IMG/VR virus record: IMGVR_UViG_3300009177_000032
Span: 1-64,000 of that record
Strand: one strand, 5' to 3'
Origin: a virus
Length of the DNA: 64,000 bases
The notes beneath the pieces are model-generated. The model had not been told where the DNA came from. It saw only the letters and a list, made by a program, of their open reading frames with translations, and ran no database searches. The translations under genes and the position numbers were made by a program. Of the stretch, positions 35,141-44,715 are shown piece after piece; within the stretch, counting starts at the first letter, position 1; each line of letters starts with the position of its first letter.

Positions 35141-35331
35141 GCGCCACATTTCTATTGCCCTTATCCGGGTAAGGGTGTAAGGTCGGCACAGCATGAGTTA
35201 CGAGCGCATTCGAGAGATGGAAGAAAACCCCCGTATTTTCTGGAGTATTCTCGCTTTTGACGTGGTCGTTTTCGTGCTGCTGGCGAGCCGATTGGGCACG
35301 CTGGTTTAACCCTGTAAAAAAAGTGAGAAAA

Positions 35332-35589
35332 ATGAGCACACCGACAAGAGCAGAGGCGAGAGACGCGGCATTCAAGGCCGACATGAGGAAAGGGATTGCG
35401 GAGACGATCCTGAAGTTGAAACGCGGCGGGACGGTGGCAATGGGGGCGGATAACCTGTTTGCGGTGTCTGTGGGCAAATGGTCGAGGAGTCAGCATGCAC
35501 CGAGTGGCGTGAACTGCGGATGGGTGGCAAGGCAGGTGTTCAACGAGGTCATTCGCGAACCGGGTTTCATGCGGTTCATCATCCAGTAA
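35332..35589 (+). CDS. Hypothetical early protein
   Basis: MSTPTRAE; TTGGGC-N17-TAAAAA upstream. Confidence 0.6.
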   Translation: MSTPTRAEARDAAFKADMRKGIAETILKLKRGGTVAMGADNLFAVSVGKWSRSQHAPSGVNCGWVARQVFNEVIREPGFMRFIIQ

Positions 35590-35601
35590 AAGGGGGCGAT
35601 T

Positions 35602-35763
35602 ATGGGAGTCAAGAGGGTTAGCAAATACTGCAAAACGCTTCGGTCTGCGGTTGCTTATCGGAGCATCATCTACCGGGTTTATCATTCAGTGAAGCTGGTC
35701 AGTTTCCCGAGGTTTAGCGAGGCGGGGACCTACGTTTGGGAGGTAAGCAATGACAACAAGTAA
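35602..35763 (+). CDS. 53-aa hypothetical protein (not in ORF track)
   Basis: AGGGGG upstream; MGVKRVSKYCKTLRSAVAY...GTYVWEVSNDNK. Confidence 0.5.
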   Translation: MGVKRVSKYCKTLRSAVAYRSIIYRVYHSVKLVSFPRFSEAGTYVWEVSNDNK

Positions 35764-36070
35764 GGTGAAGCGGGTGACGGCTGGCGCGCTCGATGGGTCT
35801 TTCGGTCCGGATTCAGATAGGCGGATAGTGCTCACATTCATTCCAGGGGATGGGAAGCCGAACGGGATTAAGGATGTGTTGCAGTTGCGTCCATTGCGGA
35901 CACGGAGGGCGGAGACGATAGCGGTGATAGACGTGTATCGGTTCGCTCTGCGGAGTCGGGTTAATCAGGAGGTTTTAGCCAAGGCGAGGGAGAAGAAAGA
36001 GCGTAAGCAGATTCGGCTTGCACGGGCGAGACAAGAGCGGGCGGAGAAACGGCTGTTTAGTAACAAGTGA
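35750..36070 (+). CDS. Hypothetical basic protein
   Basis: GGAGG RBS; 106 aa. Confidence 0.7.
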   Translation: MTTSKVKRVTAGALDGSFGPDSDRRIVLTFIPGDGKPNGIKDVLQLRPLRTRRAETIAVIDVYRFALRSRVNQEVLAKAREKKERKQIRLARARQERAEKRLFSNK

Positions 36071-36078
36071 AAGGACTA

Positions 36079-37077
36079 ATGAAAATGAGCAAAATCAAGA
36101 AGTTAGATATCGAGTACGCAGACGGGGTGAGGCAAGTGGCGCATGTGTCACCGGGAGTAATCCATTGTGAGATGTTCCGCAGTGGGGCGGTGATAAATGC
36201 GGGTGAGATGAGCCCGGAAGATTTCCGGGGGGAGTTGGGGATGGACCTGATCGCGAGTTGCCAGAAGCCGACGCGGGACGAGGTTTTAGCGGCATTCGGT
36301 GAGGCGTTAGAGATGGCCAAGGCTGAGCCCACCGAAGAAACCGATGAGATGATTGACGCGGAAAACCGGGCGATGCGGTTAGCTGAGGCGTTTGGCTGGA
36401 ACTACGCGGCCGACGAAAAGCTGGCGGAGTATTGCCTCAAAGCTACCAACACCGAGCGGTTAGAGGCTGACAGGGATGCGTTCAAAAAATGGTCTGAGCC
36501 AAAGCCGGACCTGAGCGTTGTGTCAGGGTCGGGGATTATGATGATGAGTCCCGAGAACACGATGATCAAGGTTGTGGCGGGGTTGAACCGGCGCGGGGTG
36601 ATGGCGTTTTACGAGTACCCGGGTTATGTGGACGTGCCATTGGACAAGCAAGGGGTTGACGATAGTCGCTGGTCATTGGCGTTTGGTGATGGGGGGGCAA
36701 CATGGGGCGGGAGCATTGTGGAGAGCGAGACGGGCGTGCAAGAGGCGGACGAGTATTGCCTGGAGACGGGTCTGAGCGTTGTGGAGGTCAAAGACGAGCC
36801 TCAGATTGTGGAGGCGATCATGGCGTGGCTGACGAAGATTGAAGGGATGGGAGTTTACACGCGGCGTGCGTGCCAATGGTTTGTTATCAGCCCGGATAAC
36901 CTGCCATTCAATCAGGAGGGATTTAAGAGCGAGGAGGAAGCGGGGGGAGCGCTCTTTGAGTTCTGCGAGCGCTACCGACAGCAAGGCTATTACAAGACGG
37001 ATGCGGGCGAGCGGATCCCGTTCATGTTGATTGCATCGCGTTGTGCTATTCGGACTGGCGTGGAGGGCGTTATATGA
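36079..37077 (+). CDS. Hypothetical acidic multi-module protein
   Basis: Long ORF in early cluster. Confidence 0.7.
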   Translation: MKMSKIKKLDIEYADGVRQVAHVSPGVIHCEMFRSGAVINAGEMSPEDFRGELGMDLIASCQKPTRDEVLAAFGEALEMAKAEPTEETDEMIDAENRAMRLAEAFGWNYAADEKLAEYCLKATNTERLEADRDAFKKWSEPKPDLSVVSGSGIMMMSPENTMIKVVAGLNRRGVMAFYEYPGYVDVPLDKQGVDDSRWSLAFGDGGATWGGSIVESETGVQEADEYCLETGLSVVEVKDEPQIVEAIMAWLTKIEGMGVYTRRACQWFVISPDNLPFNQEGFKSEEEAGGALFEFCERYRQQGYYKTDAGERIPFMLIASRCAIRTGVEGVI

Positions 37078-37310
37078 GCCGGTTTGAGGTCAAAGTGAAG
37101 TTCGACACGGTTTGCGAAGCGGCTGCTTTCGTGAAGCTGGTCGAGAATGCGAGGGTGTTGCACGACGTGTTGTCCCGCGGGATAACGATAATTGAGCATG
37201 CCGATGGGGAGGTCCTCGACGCGAGTGAGCATAAGGAATGGATTGGTGAAGCAAAGGAATTCACCGAGGGAACCGCTTGGATGTTTGAAATTTGGAGGGA
37301 CAAGCGATGA
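37074..37310 (+). CDS. Hypothetical protein
   Basis: GGAGG RBS, ATGA overlap. Confidence 0.6.
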   Translation: MSRFEVKVKFDTVCEAAAFVKLVENARVLHDVLSRGITIIEHADGEVLDASEHKEWIGEAKEFTEGTAWMFEIWRDKR

Positions 37311-37516
37311 GCCGGATTGATCGGATTGCCAGGAACATTAGCAAGCTAAACCTCAGGGTGAAGCCAGCCAAGACTTACAAGCCTAACCCGCATTTACCCG
37401 AGACGTGGGAGGAAGCGAGCGATGGGCAACTGAGGGATATCGCTGAGCATGGCAGCTATATGCAACGGCGGATTGCTGAGGACACGTTAGCCAAGCGGGC
37501 AAAACTCCGGAAGTGA
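37307..37516 (+). CDS. Hypothetical protein
   Basis: ATGA overlap. Confidence 0.55.
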   Translation: MSRIDRIARNISKLNLRVKPAKTYKPNPHLPETWEEASDGQLRDIAEHGSYMQRRIAEDTLAKRAKLRK

Positions 37517-37581
37517 ATTGCGTTCGCCCCTGGTCCGGAAAAGGGAAAGGGGCAACCGCAGTTCAACCAAAAACAAATCAA

Positions 37582-38352
37582 ATGAGCACTATCAAAACGG
37601 AGCATCCCGAGTACGGGACGCATTATTGGAGTTACAATCCCGACGACCAGAAGGGCATGGAAGGGGAGTTTATCAAGGTATTCCCGATCAGTGGCGGGTT
37701 TGCCAAGCGCATCCCCAAAGCGCATGTGAAGGAGTGGGACACGCAGATCCCGAGGGTGTATGAGCGGAGGTTTGTGGGGTTTGCAGATTGGCCGGAGTAT
37801 CGGGCGATTGCGTGTTACGTGAACCCGTTCGACAACTGGAACGGATGGGCCAAGCCTCTGGTTGATGAGAAGGGGAGGAATTTTTTCCTCGCGGAGCAAC
37901 GGCGGCTTTCGGCTGACAATGAGTCGGTTGCCACGGGGAAGGTGTTCAATGACGCGATTATCTGGCACGACCCGAATTGCAGTGATGAGCCGGACTTAAC
38001 GATTATACCGGAGTGGATCACCGTGGACGGCATAGACGTCAAGGTGTGGGATATCAGTCTTGGCTTTTGTTGGGACGTGCAATCGCCGCGGCGTTTCATC
38101 TTCCTCTTACCGTGCAACCGTGAGCAGATCCCGGATTTGCCGGAGCCGAGTGGAGGTCAGCTTGTGCTGTGGGACCGCCAGGAGAAGCGGGAGGTTTTTG
38201 TGCTGTTCGAAAACTACGCGAATGCGATTTGTCTCGAACAAGGGAAGGATAGCCCTTTCACGCAACTAGAGACTTGGTTCAACAATTTGAGCAATGAGGC
38301 GCTAGTGTCCGAGGGGATGACAGCCACAAAGGAGGAGTTTCACCATGCCTAA
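37582..38352 (+). CDS. Hypothetical protein
   Basis: Start MSTIKTE after AGTTCAACCAAAA motif; WNGWAKP motif. Confidence 0.7.
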   Translation: MSTIKTEHPEYGTHYWSYNPDDQKGMEGEFIKVFPISGGFAKRIPKAHVKEWDTQIPRVYERRFVGFADWPEYRAIACYVNPFDNWNGWAKPLVDEKGRNFFLAEQRRLSADNESVATGKVFNDAIIWHDPNCSDEPDLTIIPEWITVDGIDVKVWDISLGFCWDVQSPRRFIFLLPCNREQIPDLPEPSGGQLVLWDRQEKREVFVLFENYANAICLEQGKDSPFTQLETWFNNLSNEALVSEGMTATKEEFHHA

Positions 38353-38731
38353 GAAATTCAGAGATATGCCCGATTGGGCTAAAAATCGTAAGGCGAGAGA
38401 GAACGTGTACCGGGATGAACGGGGCGAGGAGTGGGACAGGATAGAGTCTAATGCCCGTTCTGAGGTTACCAGCGTACCTCCCGAGGAGGAGTTTAGGGAC
38501 CCGAACACTCCAACCAATGAGCAGCGGAGCGGATGGGCGAATGAAGCGTTGCGCGCCTTCGGTCAGGCTGTGGGCGTGGACACTTGCGAGACGAATGTGA
38601 ATGACCTGATTAACGATCTGGCCCATTGGTGCGATCGGCACGGGGTTGATCTGTGGGAGTGTTGGCAGGGTGCAGCCGCGAGCTACCACGAGGAGACGAA
38701 CGGGAAGGGGGTGCAGTTCCATGCAAAGTAG
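38345..38731 (+). CDS. Hypothetical protein
   Basis: GGAGG RBS; DLINDLAHWCD motif. Confidence 0.7.
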   Translation: MPKKFRDMPDWAKNRKARENVYRDERGEEWDRIESNARSEVTSVPPEEEFRDPNTPTNEQRSGWANEALRAFGQAVGVDTCETNVNDLINDLAHWCDRHGVDLWECWQGAAASYHEETNGKGVQFHAK

Positions 38732-39158
38732 AGATTTGCGGACGTGTGAGGCATGCGGGCTAGACGTAGGTCCGCAGCATTTCAAGGCTTACGCGCTCAA
38801 CGTGGCCGATCCAGCCGTGCAGCCGGAGCACATGGGCGAGGCTAGTCCGGACGTGTGGGTTTGTGACGATTGCATGGAGGAGTTCGAGCAAGAGCATAAT
38901 CAGATCGTGTGCGACGTGTTGAGCCTGGAGGAATACCAGCAGCTTCGAGAGTGGGTAAAGGATCAGGCGCAACAGCCTAATACGAGCCTGGACTTGTCCA
39001 CGCAGATTGAGTTGCTGCGCGAACAGCTCGGCGGGTTGCTAGAGCAGCTCGAAGGGATACATGACAAGACCAGCTCCGCTGAGGGCTATTGGGTTGCTGG
39101 CAACGTGAACCTTGAGGGGGCACGTACGGCCATGAACCGGACGGGGGGTGCGCTATGA
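38721..39158 (+). CDS. Hypothetical Zn-finger protein
   Basis: CEAC...VCDDC. Confidence 0.6.
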   Translation: MQSRDLRTCEACGLDVGPQHFKAYALNVADPAVQPEHMGEASPDVWVCDDCMEEFEQEHNQIVCDVLSLEEYQQLREWVKDQAQQPNTSLDLSTQIELLREQLGGLLEQLEGIHDKTSSAEGYWVAGNVNLEGARTAMNRTGGAL

Positions 39159-39430
39159 GCACACTAATCGAGAAGCTACACGCACAGCAGGAAGCCGACG
39201 AGCAGGCGTCAATCCGCAACGAGGCAGTCTACGGGGATCTGATTAGCGGGCTGGCTGAGGCGGAGCGCAAAGCCTGGGACGCACTCGCGCGCTACAAGTT
39301 CCAAATGTTCGGCTATTGGGCTGCGATATGGGTGCACCTTAACCGGATAGGAGGATTCAAGCGGCCAAACCCGTTCAAGCCGGTCGTGATGCAAGCGAGG
39401 ATCTGCAACGTGCCAAACGAAAAGTCTTAG
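39155..39430 (+). CDS. Conserved phage hypothetical protein
   Basis: KAWDALARYKFQMFGYWAAIWVHLN..NPF. Confidence 0.7.
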   Translation: MSTLIEKLHAQQEADEQASIRNEAVYGDLISGLAEAERKAWDALARYKFQMFGYWAAIWVHLNRIGGFKRPNPFKPVVMQARICNVPNEKS

Positions 39431-39525
39431 TACCGTTGCGGCCCTCCTGGCGATGGGTTTGCTCATTTCCGCCCGGAGCTGGGGGAGCCGCACCGGCACA
39501 AAGCCGAAGTTCAACCAAAACCATT

Positions 39526-40248
39526 ATGAAACAAACGACAGAGAGACACAGTGAGCTCAAGGAGTGGCAAGCGGCCATCCCGCAGATCCCCTGGTATTAC
39601 AACCCGTCGAAAGCGACGATTTGCAGCAAGGATGAGGGGACAACAATCGCCAGCGTAGGCGGGGATCTAAAGCTGCAAGAGATAACCGCGGCCGGGGAAT
39701 ATCTGGCGCATTGCGCAAACACATTGCCCGTTCTCATCGAGGCTGCGGACCGCCTGGTCAAGGAAATCGAGGTAATGCCGTCCTGGCAAAGGGATGAGGT
39801 CAGCTTCAACTCGTGGAATGATTTGCATGACGCGATTAAGGAGGCAAGGGCGGAACACCTTGCCGGCCGTTTTCCCGAGCACGTTGTAGAGCAAATGGAG
39901 CAGGAGCTCACCCGCTTGCGGGAGGAAAATAAGAAGCTGACAGCCATGGCCACAAACCAGATTGAGGACAACGAGAAGATCAAGGCTGCGCTTGCTAAAG
40001 AAACGGGCATCGCTGACACCCTGGCAAGCGCGAATGCGCAGCTTACCGGGCAGCTTGAGCAGCTCAAAAAGCAGTTGGCCGCTGAGGCGGGGCTCCCAAC
40101 GATGATCACCGACCCACGGGGCTCAGAATACGGTGAGATGTCCGTGAAACGCGAGGGGAAGCGGATCCATGTAGAGCACACCAGGGAGGGGTACACCCTG
40201 CATTTCGATGATGAAATCTCATTTACCCGGTGGGCGCGCAGCTTGTGA
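39526..40248 (+). CDS. Hypothetical coiled-coil protein
   Basis: Start MKQTTER after AGTTCAACCAAAA motif. Confidence 0.7.
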   Translation: MKQTTERHSELKEWQAAIPQIPWYYNPSKATICSKDEGTTIASVGGDLKLQEITAAGEYLAHCANTLPVLIEAADRLVKEIEVMPSWQRDEVSFNSWNDLHDAIKEARAEHLAGRFPEHVVEQMEQELTRLREENKKLTAMATNQIEDNEKIKAALAKETGIADTLASANAQLTGQLEQLKKQLAAEAGLPTMITDPRGSEYGEMSVKREGKRIHVEHTREGYTLHFDDEISFTRWARSL

Positions 40249-40333
40249 TTCCGGTTAGCCCTTTACGCGGAGGGCTAAGCGGACGGCTGAAGCCGATCCA
40301 AAGTCAGTTCAACCAAAACAAAAGAAACAAAAT

Positions 40334-41698
40334 ATGGAAGTTACACACATGGGGATTACCGGGGACCGACCCGACAAGTTAAACGCTGAGCTCCCCAAAG
40401 AGAAATGGTCAAGCGAAGCCGGTCCGCGCCAGACAAAGGACGTAAACGAAGCATTCCGGGCTATTATAGCCGAGGGCCGCACCTACACCGAGAAAACCGG
40501 TGTGCGCAATGCCGACGGCTCCGGCGGGGATAGCTTCACCTTTACCCAACTCATGGGGCCGATCCGCCAGGAAGCTGCGGACCTGCTCGCCAAACTGGGG
40601 CGGGACTTCGGCTGGAAAGTCACGCGGGAGAATTACCGCAAGATCATCGAAGCGGCCGGCAATGGGATTGCAGAGCTGAAGCTCTCCCGCCCGGTCCACG
40701 ACAAGCGCCAGACCGCGGAGGAGGACGCAGCCGAGCAGGTTGAAATCAATGAACAGCGCGCGGCCTACGAGAAGGCGGCCGAGGACCGAAAAGCGCTGAT
40801 TGAATCGCATTATCAGGAGCACCTGCACGACTTCGACGCTTTCCTCCAAAAGCAACGACCTGGCGAAAGCACCCACGCTTGGACGGGCCGGACGATCCGG
40901 GCTGAGCTCGCCCTGGCTTTCCCTGGCGTTACGTTTCGGGTCAAGACGGATTACAACTCAGTTGACGTCTATTGGTCCCTGGGCCCAACCGAACACCGGA
41001 TAAGGGAGTTGTTGCAGAAGTATGAGCGATGGGAGCACGAGGGGACCGACAGCGAAGAATTGCGAAAGAAGCGCGCCGAGCACGAGGCAATCCTCCGAAT
41101 CGTGGGCGGTTACCGCTTTTGCTTTCCGCACCGGGAGATCCCCTACGAGGTTACTGAGGAGGTTGCAAAACTCATGTGCGCGATGAAAGGCATCGAGTAC
41201 ACGGGCATAAGGCAACCCGGATTTGTCGATGGGGACCATGCGGACCTTGGGGATCATGTTCACCGGCTGACCTACAACACCGATTGGCCGGAGGGTGGCA
41301 AGCCTATCAAGGTCGAGTTTAACCCCGACTATCAGGGCGGGCCACGCTCGACGGAGTGGCGGATTGTCTTTGAGCAAGTGGCGCCAACTGCAACTCCGTG
41401 CCCCAGCTCGACAGCCGGCGGTATTACGATACGCCGCAACCCGGAACACGACGGGGTTGAGATCTCATTCCCGAGCAAACCGGCACCGGATGTATTGGCT
41501 AGGGTGAAAGGGGCGGGCTTTCGCTGGTCTATGCGTGGCAAGGTTTGGTACAAAAAATATACCCCTGAGGCGTGGAGGTCAGCCCATGCCTTGGTGGGCA
41601 TACCCGAAGCGGGTCCCGTACCGGAGACGTCCCCGTCCCCGGATCGGTTCGACATGCGAGTCGAGGATAACATGGCGCGTGCCTGCGGCCTGATCTGA
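40334..41698 (+). CDS. LPD29-like domain protein
   Basis: IRAELALAFPGVTFRVKT..SVDVYWSLGPT; C-terminal GVEISFPSKP..GFRWS..WY. Confidence 0.7.
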   Translation: MEVTHMGITGDRPDKLNAELPKEKWSSEAGPRQTKDVNEAFRAIIAEGRTYTEKTGVRNADGSGGDSFTFTQLMGPIRQEAADLLAKLGRDFGWKVTRENYRKIIEAAGNGIAELKLSRPVHDKRQTAEEDAAEQVEINEQRAAYEKAAEDRKALIESHYQEHLHDFDAFLQKQRPGESTHAWTGRTIRAELALAFPGVTFRVKTDYNSVDVYWSLGPTEHRIRELLQKYERWEHEGTDSEELRKKRAEHEAILRIVGGYRFCFPHREIPYEVTEEVAKLMCAMKGIEYTGIRQPGFVDGDHADLGDHVHRLTYNTDWPEGGKPIKVEFNPDYQGGPRSTEWRIVFEQVAPTATPCPSSTAGGITIRRNPEHDGVEISFPSKPAPDVLARVKGAGFRWSMRGKVWYKKYTPEAWRSAHALVGIPEAGPVPETSPSPDRFDMRVEDNMARACGLI

Positions 41699-41755
41699 GC
41701 CCTTCGGGTCCGCCCCTGGCGTCGGCTTGACTGTGCGCGTCGGGGGCGGAGCTGT

Positions 41756-41956
41756 ATGGCTAGACCAGTAAGTAAAAACAACCGGGTCAGAATCGAATTC
41801 ACCACAACGCAGCAACTGGCGGGTCAGCTCGATGCGCTTGTCACTGCCGGCCTTTTTGGGAATTCGCGCGCCGAGGTTGCTGAGCGATTGATGAGCGAGC
41901 GGATCCGGCTGCTCATTAAGGAGGGTTTTGTGGACAAGGACCCAGTGAAGATATGA
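41756..41956 (+). CDS. Ribbon-helix-helix regulator
   Basis: RIEF..QLDALVTAGLFGNSRAEV. Confidence 0.7.
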   Translation: MARPVSKNNRVRIEFTTTQQLAGQLDALVTAGLFGNSRAEVAERLMSERIRLLIKEGFVDKDPVKI

Positions 41957-42294
41957 GGCGGGGCCATTACAAACACCCGCCGGTCCCTGAGCTCATCCAG
42001 TCACGGAACAGCATCGAGGAGCTCCTCCGCAAGCCGGACCCGAACTTCAGTTATAACGAGCATCCGAGGCGGATGAATCACAAGGAGCGAAGGGCGAAGG
42101 ACGAGTATAAGCTCCGCAACTGGTTGGACACGGACCGAAGGAGCCAGGAGCAACGGGAGCAGGACATTTTTGGCGAGTGGTATCCGTTCGTTGTGGCGAT
42201 GAAAGCCGAGGAACGGAACGCCCGCCGGGTAGCAAAAGCACAAGCAGCACTCAAATATGAAAAGAAAAAAGAAGAAAAAGCAGGCAGTCGCTAA
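41953..42294 (+). CDS. Hypothetical protein
   Basis: ATGA overlap. Confidence 0.55.
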   Translation: MRRGHYKHPPVPELIQSRNSIEELLRKPDPNFSYNEHPRRMNHKERRAKDEYKLRNWLDTDRRSQEQREQDIFGEWYPFVVAMKAEERNARRVAKAQAALKYEKKKEEKAGSR

Positions 42295-42505
42295 ACCGCT
42301 GTTGGAATACAAACCGCCCTTGGTGGCGCTGTTCCAGCCCGCAGAGGTTAGCGGTATCGGTCGGGTCCCGTTTCGCGTCGGTGTCTTGGTGAAGGCAACA
42401 CGCCGTGCGTATGGCCGCGAGGAGTTTCTGGTAGGCCCCCAGGTAGGCAACGGGAGCGCGTGGGTCCGCGGGACGTCCCTGCTATTCATCGACCGCTCGC
42501 CATGA
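42257..42505 (+). CDS. Hypothetical protein
   Basis: Coupled to next gene. Confidence 0.5.
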   Translation: MKRKKKKKQAVAKPLLEYKPPLVALFQPAEVSGIGRVPFRVGVLVKATRRAYGREEFLVGPQVGNGSAWVRGTSLLFIDRSP

Positions 42506-42717
42506 ACGCCAAACTTAACCAGATTGAGGACCAGATCCGCCGGCCAATGGAGGAATTTCCACTACGCCAGCGGGTCAACTCTGATCGGTTCGAAATGCTT
42601 TCGCACTTGCTGGCGGTTGTTATGGCGCTAAAAGAAATCGATGCACGGCTCGAAAAAGTGGAAAAGCGCTTGCCAGGAGAAACTCCGGCGGGTAAAAACC
42701 ACGGCAGCAACCTATGA
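42502..42717 (+). CDS. Hypothetical protein
   Basis: MNAKLNQ start in ATGA overlap. Confidence 0.55.
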   Translation: MNAKLNQIEDQIRRPMEEFPLRQRVNSDRFEMLSHLLAVVMALKEIDARLEKVEKRLPGETPAGKNHGSNL

Positions 42718-42941
42718 GCGCGCTAAGTAAACGATCAGTCGGAGATACCCCTGCCTTTCCAATTCCCGAAGCCCAATGCCCAGGCATGACATACCGCCAG
42801 TGGTTGATAGGACAGATTGCGAACGGTGCAGCCTCTCAAACCCTCCGCACGGGAGACAAGGCGGCTTTCACTGCCCTTGTAATCGGCCAGGCTGACGAGA
42901 TCATCATGCGCCTGAACCGGGAGGGACACTTTCCCCAATGA
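42714..42941 (+). CDS. Conserved small phage protein
   Basis: PAFP..GMTYRQWLIGQ motif. Confidence 0.7.
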   Translation: MSALSKRSVGDTPAFPIPEAQCPGMTYRQWLIGQIANGAASQTLRTGDKAAFTALVIGQADEIIMRLNREGHFPQ

Positions 42942-43732
42942 GACTCTGTTGCTGCGGTTACGTAGCTCCCCCAAAGGTTGGCCATCCGGAGGTATTCCTC
43001 CGCAACATCGCCAAGTTCAAGCCAAAGACCGATCTGATCCTTTACTCTGAGCATCCCTGGCCCGACACGTTCCGGTTGAAGGCGAGCCCGGAGGTGTTCC
43101 GGCCCATGACGTTCCCCGACGGGAAGCCTAACAAGTTCTGCATGCAAAACGGCGCCTTCTTTACCGGTGCCAAGATTGCACGCGATCGAGGTTACACCCA
43201 CATGATTACCCTCGAGGATGACGTCCGTGTAGGGCGGCCGGACTGGGATCAATATATTTGGAACGAGTATTTTTCGCATGGCAAACCCCTGCTTGCGGCC
43301 GGGACACTGGCAACCTACAACCCCTGCAACTGGAGCCCGGAGGCGAGCAAGTTGTGGGCGGAGCTCCTGCGCGTGAACACCCGGAAGAATTTCCCGATTG
43401 CTACCTACGGTTGGCTCGGCGCGGGGATAAAGGGCAAGACCGCGGTGTTCCCTAATGGAGCCCTGGCTATCTACGATCTAAACTGGTTGGGCAAATTCTT
43501 CGACCTGACCAACACCCAAGCGACGGCCACGTCTCACGACGCATGGGACTTTGCGATCGGATTCAAGATTTGGGACACGTTCGAGGAAATGTCCTATGAC
43601 CTTGTGGCCAACCTGCACACAGTCGGCTCATGGTATCGGGACCTGGTGACCGATGAGGAGGAGCGCAAGCGGATGCTGGTAGACGGGGAGGTTTGCGCCG
43701 TGCATCACATAAAGACAGATTGGGAGCCATGA
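42938..43732 (+). CDS. Glycosyltransferase-like protein (GT-A fold)
   Basis: YTHMITLEDDV, NGALAIY, AWD, AVHHIK. Confidence 0.55.
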   Translation: MRLCCCGYVAPPKVGHPEVFLRNIAKFKPKTDLILYSEHPWPDTFRLKASPEVFRPMTFPDGKPNKFCMQNGAFFTGAKIARDRGYTHMITLEDDVRVGRPDWDQYIWNEYFSHGKPLLAAGTLATYNPCNWSPEASKLWAELLRVNTRKNFPIATYGWLGAGIKGKTAVFPNGALAIYDLNWLGKFFDLTNTQATATSHDAWDFAIGFKIWDTFEEMSYDLVANLHTVGSWYRDLVTDEEERKRMLVDGEVCAVHHIKTDWEP

Positions 43733-44715
43733 ACTATTTCGAGCAATACAACCCTGGCGAGTGCAAGGGAATAACGCCGGATATCCGGCTCAAGGAAGCG
43801 GTGGAGCTCGCGCTCGAATTTTTTGAACAGAAGCCGCTAGGCCAGCCCTACAAAGAGGGCCAGAGACGGATCATTGGCGAGCTTGTGAAAGTTTACGGCC
43901 CCAGGAAGCTGGTCAAAGAGATTGACCGCGAAGCGCTGGTCAAGCTGGTGAGGGTGTATCAGGCGCGCAACGTCGAGGTGTATAATCAGCTCATTCACAT
44001 TAAGCGCTTTTTCGAACTCATGCGCCAGGAGGGCGTCATCAACATTAACCCGGTGCAATACCGGCGCCTCCCCTTCACGATCCGGCCCTACGCGGTGAAA
44101 CCGATAATCAGCGAGGAGCAGTACCGCCGATTGTTGAGCGCCAGTATGTCGCCGGATTTTACCGAGGGTTGGCCGATTGTGATTATGGGGGCGTGGGAAA
44201 CCGGGCTCCGCGGCTGCGACATAGCTACGCTCCAATGGGACGCATGCGAGGACGGCAGCTACGTGGACTTCGTCAATGAGATGATTGTGACTCGCCCTTC
44301 CAAAATGCGGAGGAGGAAACAGCGATTGGAAATACCGATCGCTGGCGAGTACCTCGAGGCGTTGTGCGAGCTGCAGCAATCGAGGGGAGACAGCAAGTTT
44401 GTGACACCCTGGCTTGCCCATAAGTTTAATTTCGGGACCCGTCCCTCGCATTTTTGGGATGAGTTCAAAAAGATTGCCGTCCGGTGCGGCATGGACGCCT
44501 ACACGTTCCACTGTTTCCGGCATAGCTTTGTGACACGGTGCCTCCGAGCTGGGGTAAGCCCGGTAGTGATTGGGAGCCTGACGGGCCAGAGCCTGAAGAT
44601 GATCCAGCACTATAGCCGAGTCGATAACAGCGATAAGATTAGCGCGCTGGATGCCATTCGAAAGGCAACCCACGCCGAGCAGGTTAAACGCCTCGGGTAT
44701 CAGCCCCCCGTCTAA
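43729..44715 (+). CDS. Tyrosine recombinase/integrase
   Basis: ETGLRGCDI (R), K, HCFRHSF (HxxR), TGQS, IQHY (Y). Confidence 0.9.
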   Translation: MNYFEQYNPGECKGITPDIRLKEAVELALEFFEQKPLGQPYKEGQRRIIGELVKVYGPRKLVKEIDREALVKLVRVYQARNVEVYNQLIHIKRFFELMRQEGVININPVQYRRLPFTIRPYAVKPIISEEQYRRLLSASMSPDFTEGWPIVIMGAWETGLRGCDIATLQWDACEDGSYVDFVNEMIVTRPSKMRRRKQRLEIPIAGEYLEALCELQQSRGDSKFVTPWLAHKFNFGTRPSHFWDEFKKIAVRCGMDAYTFHCFRHSFVTRCLRAGVSPVVIGSLTGQSLKMIQHYSRVDNSDKISALDAIRKATHAEQVKRLGYQPPV

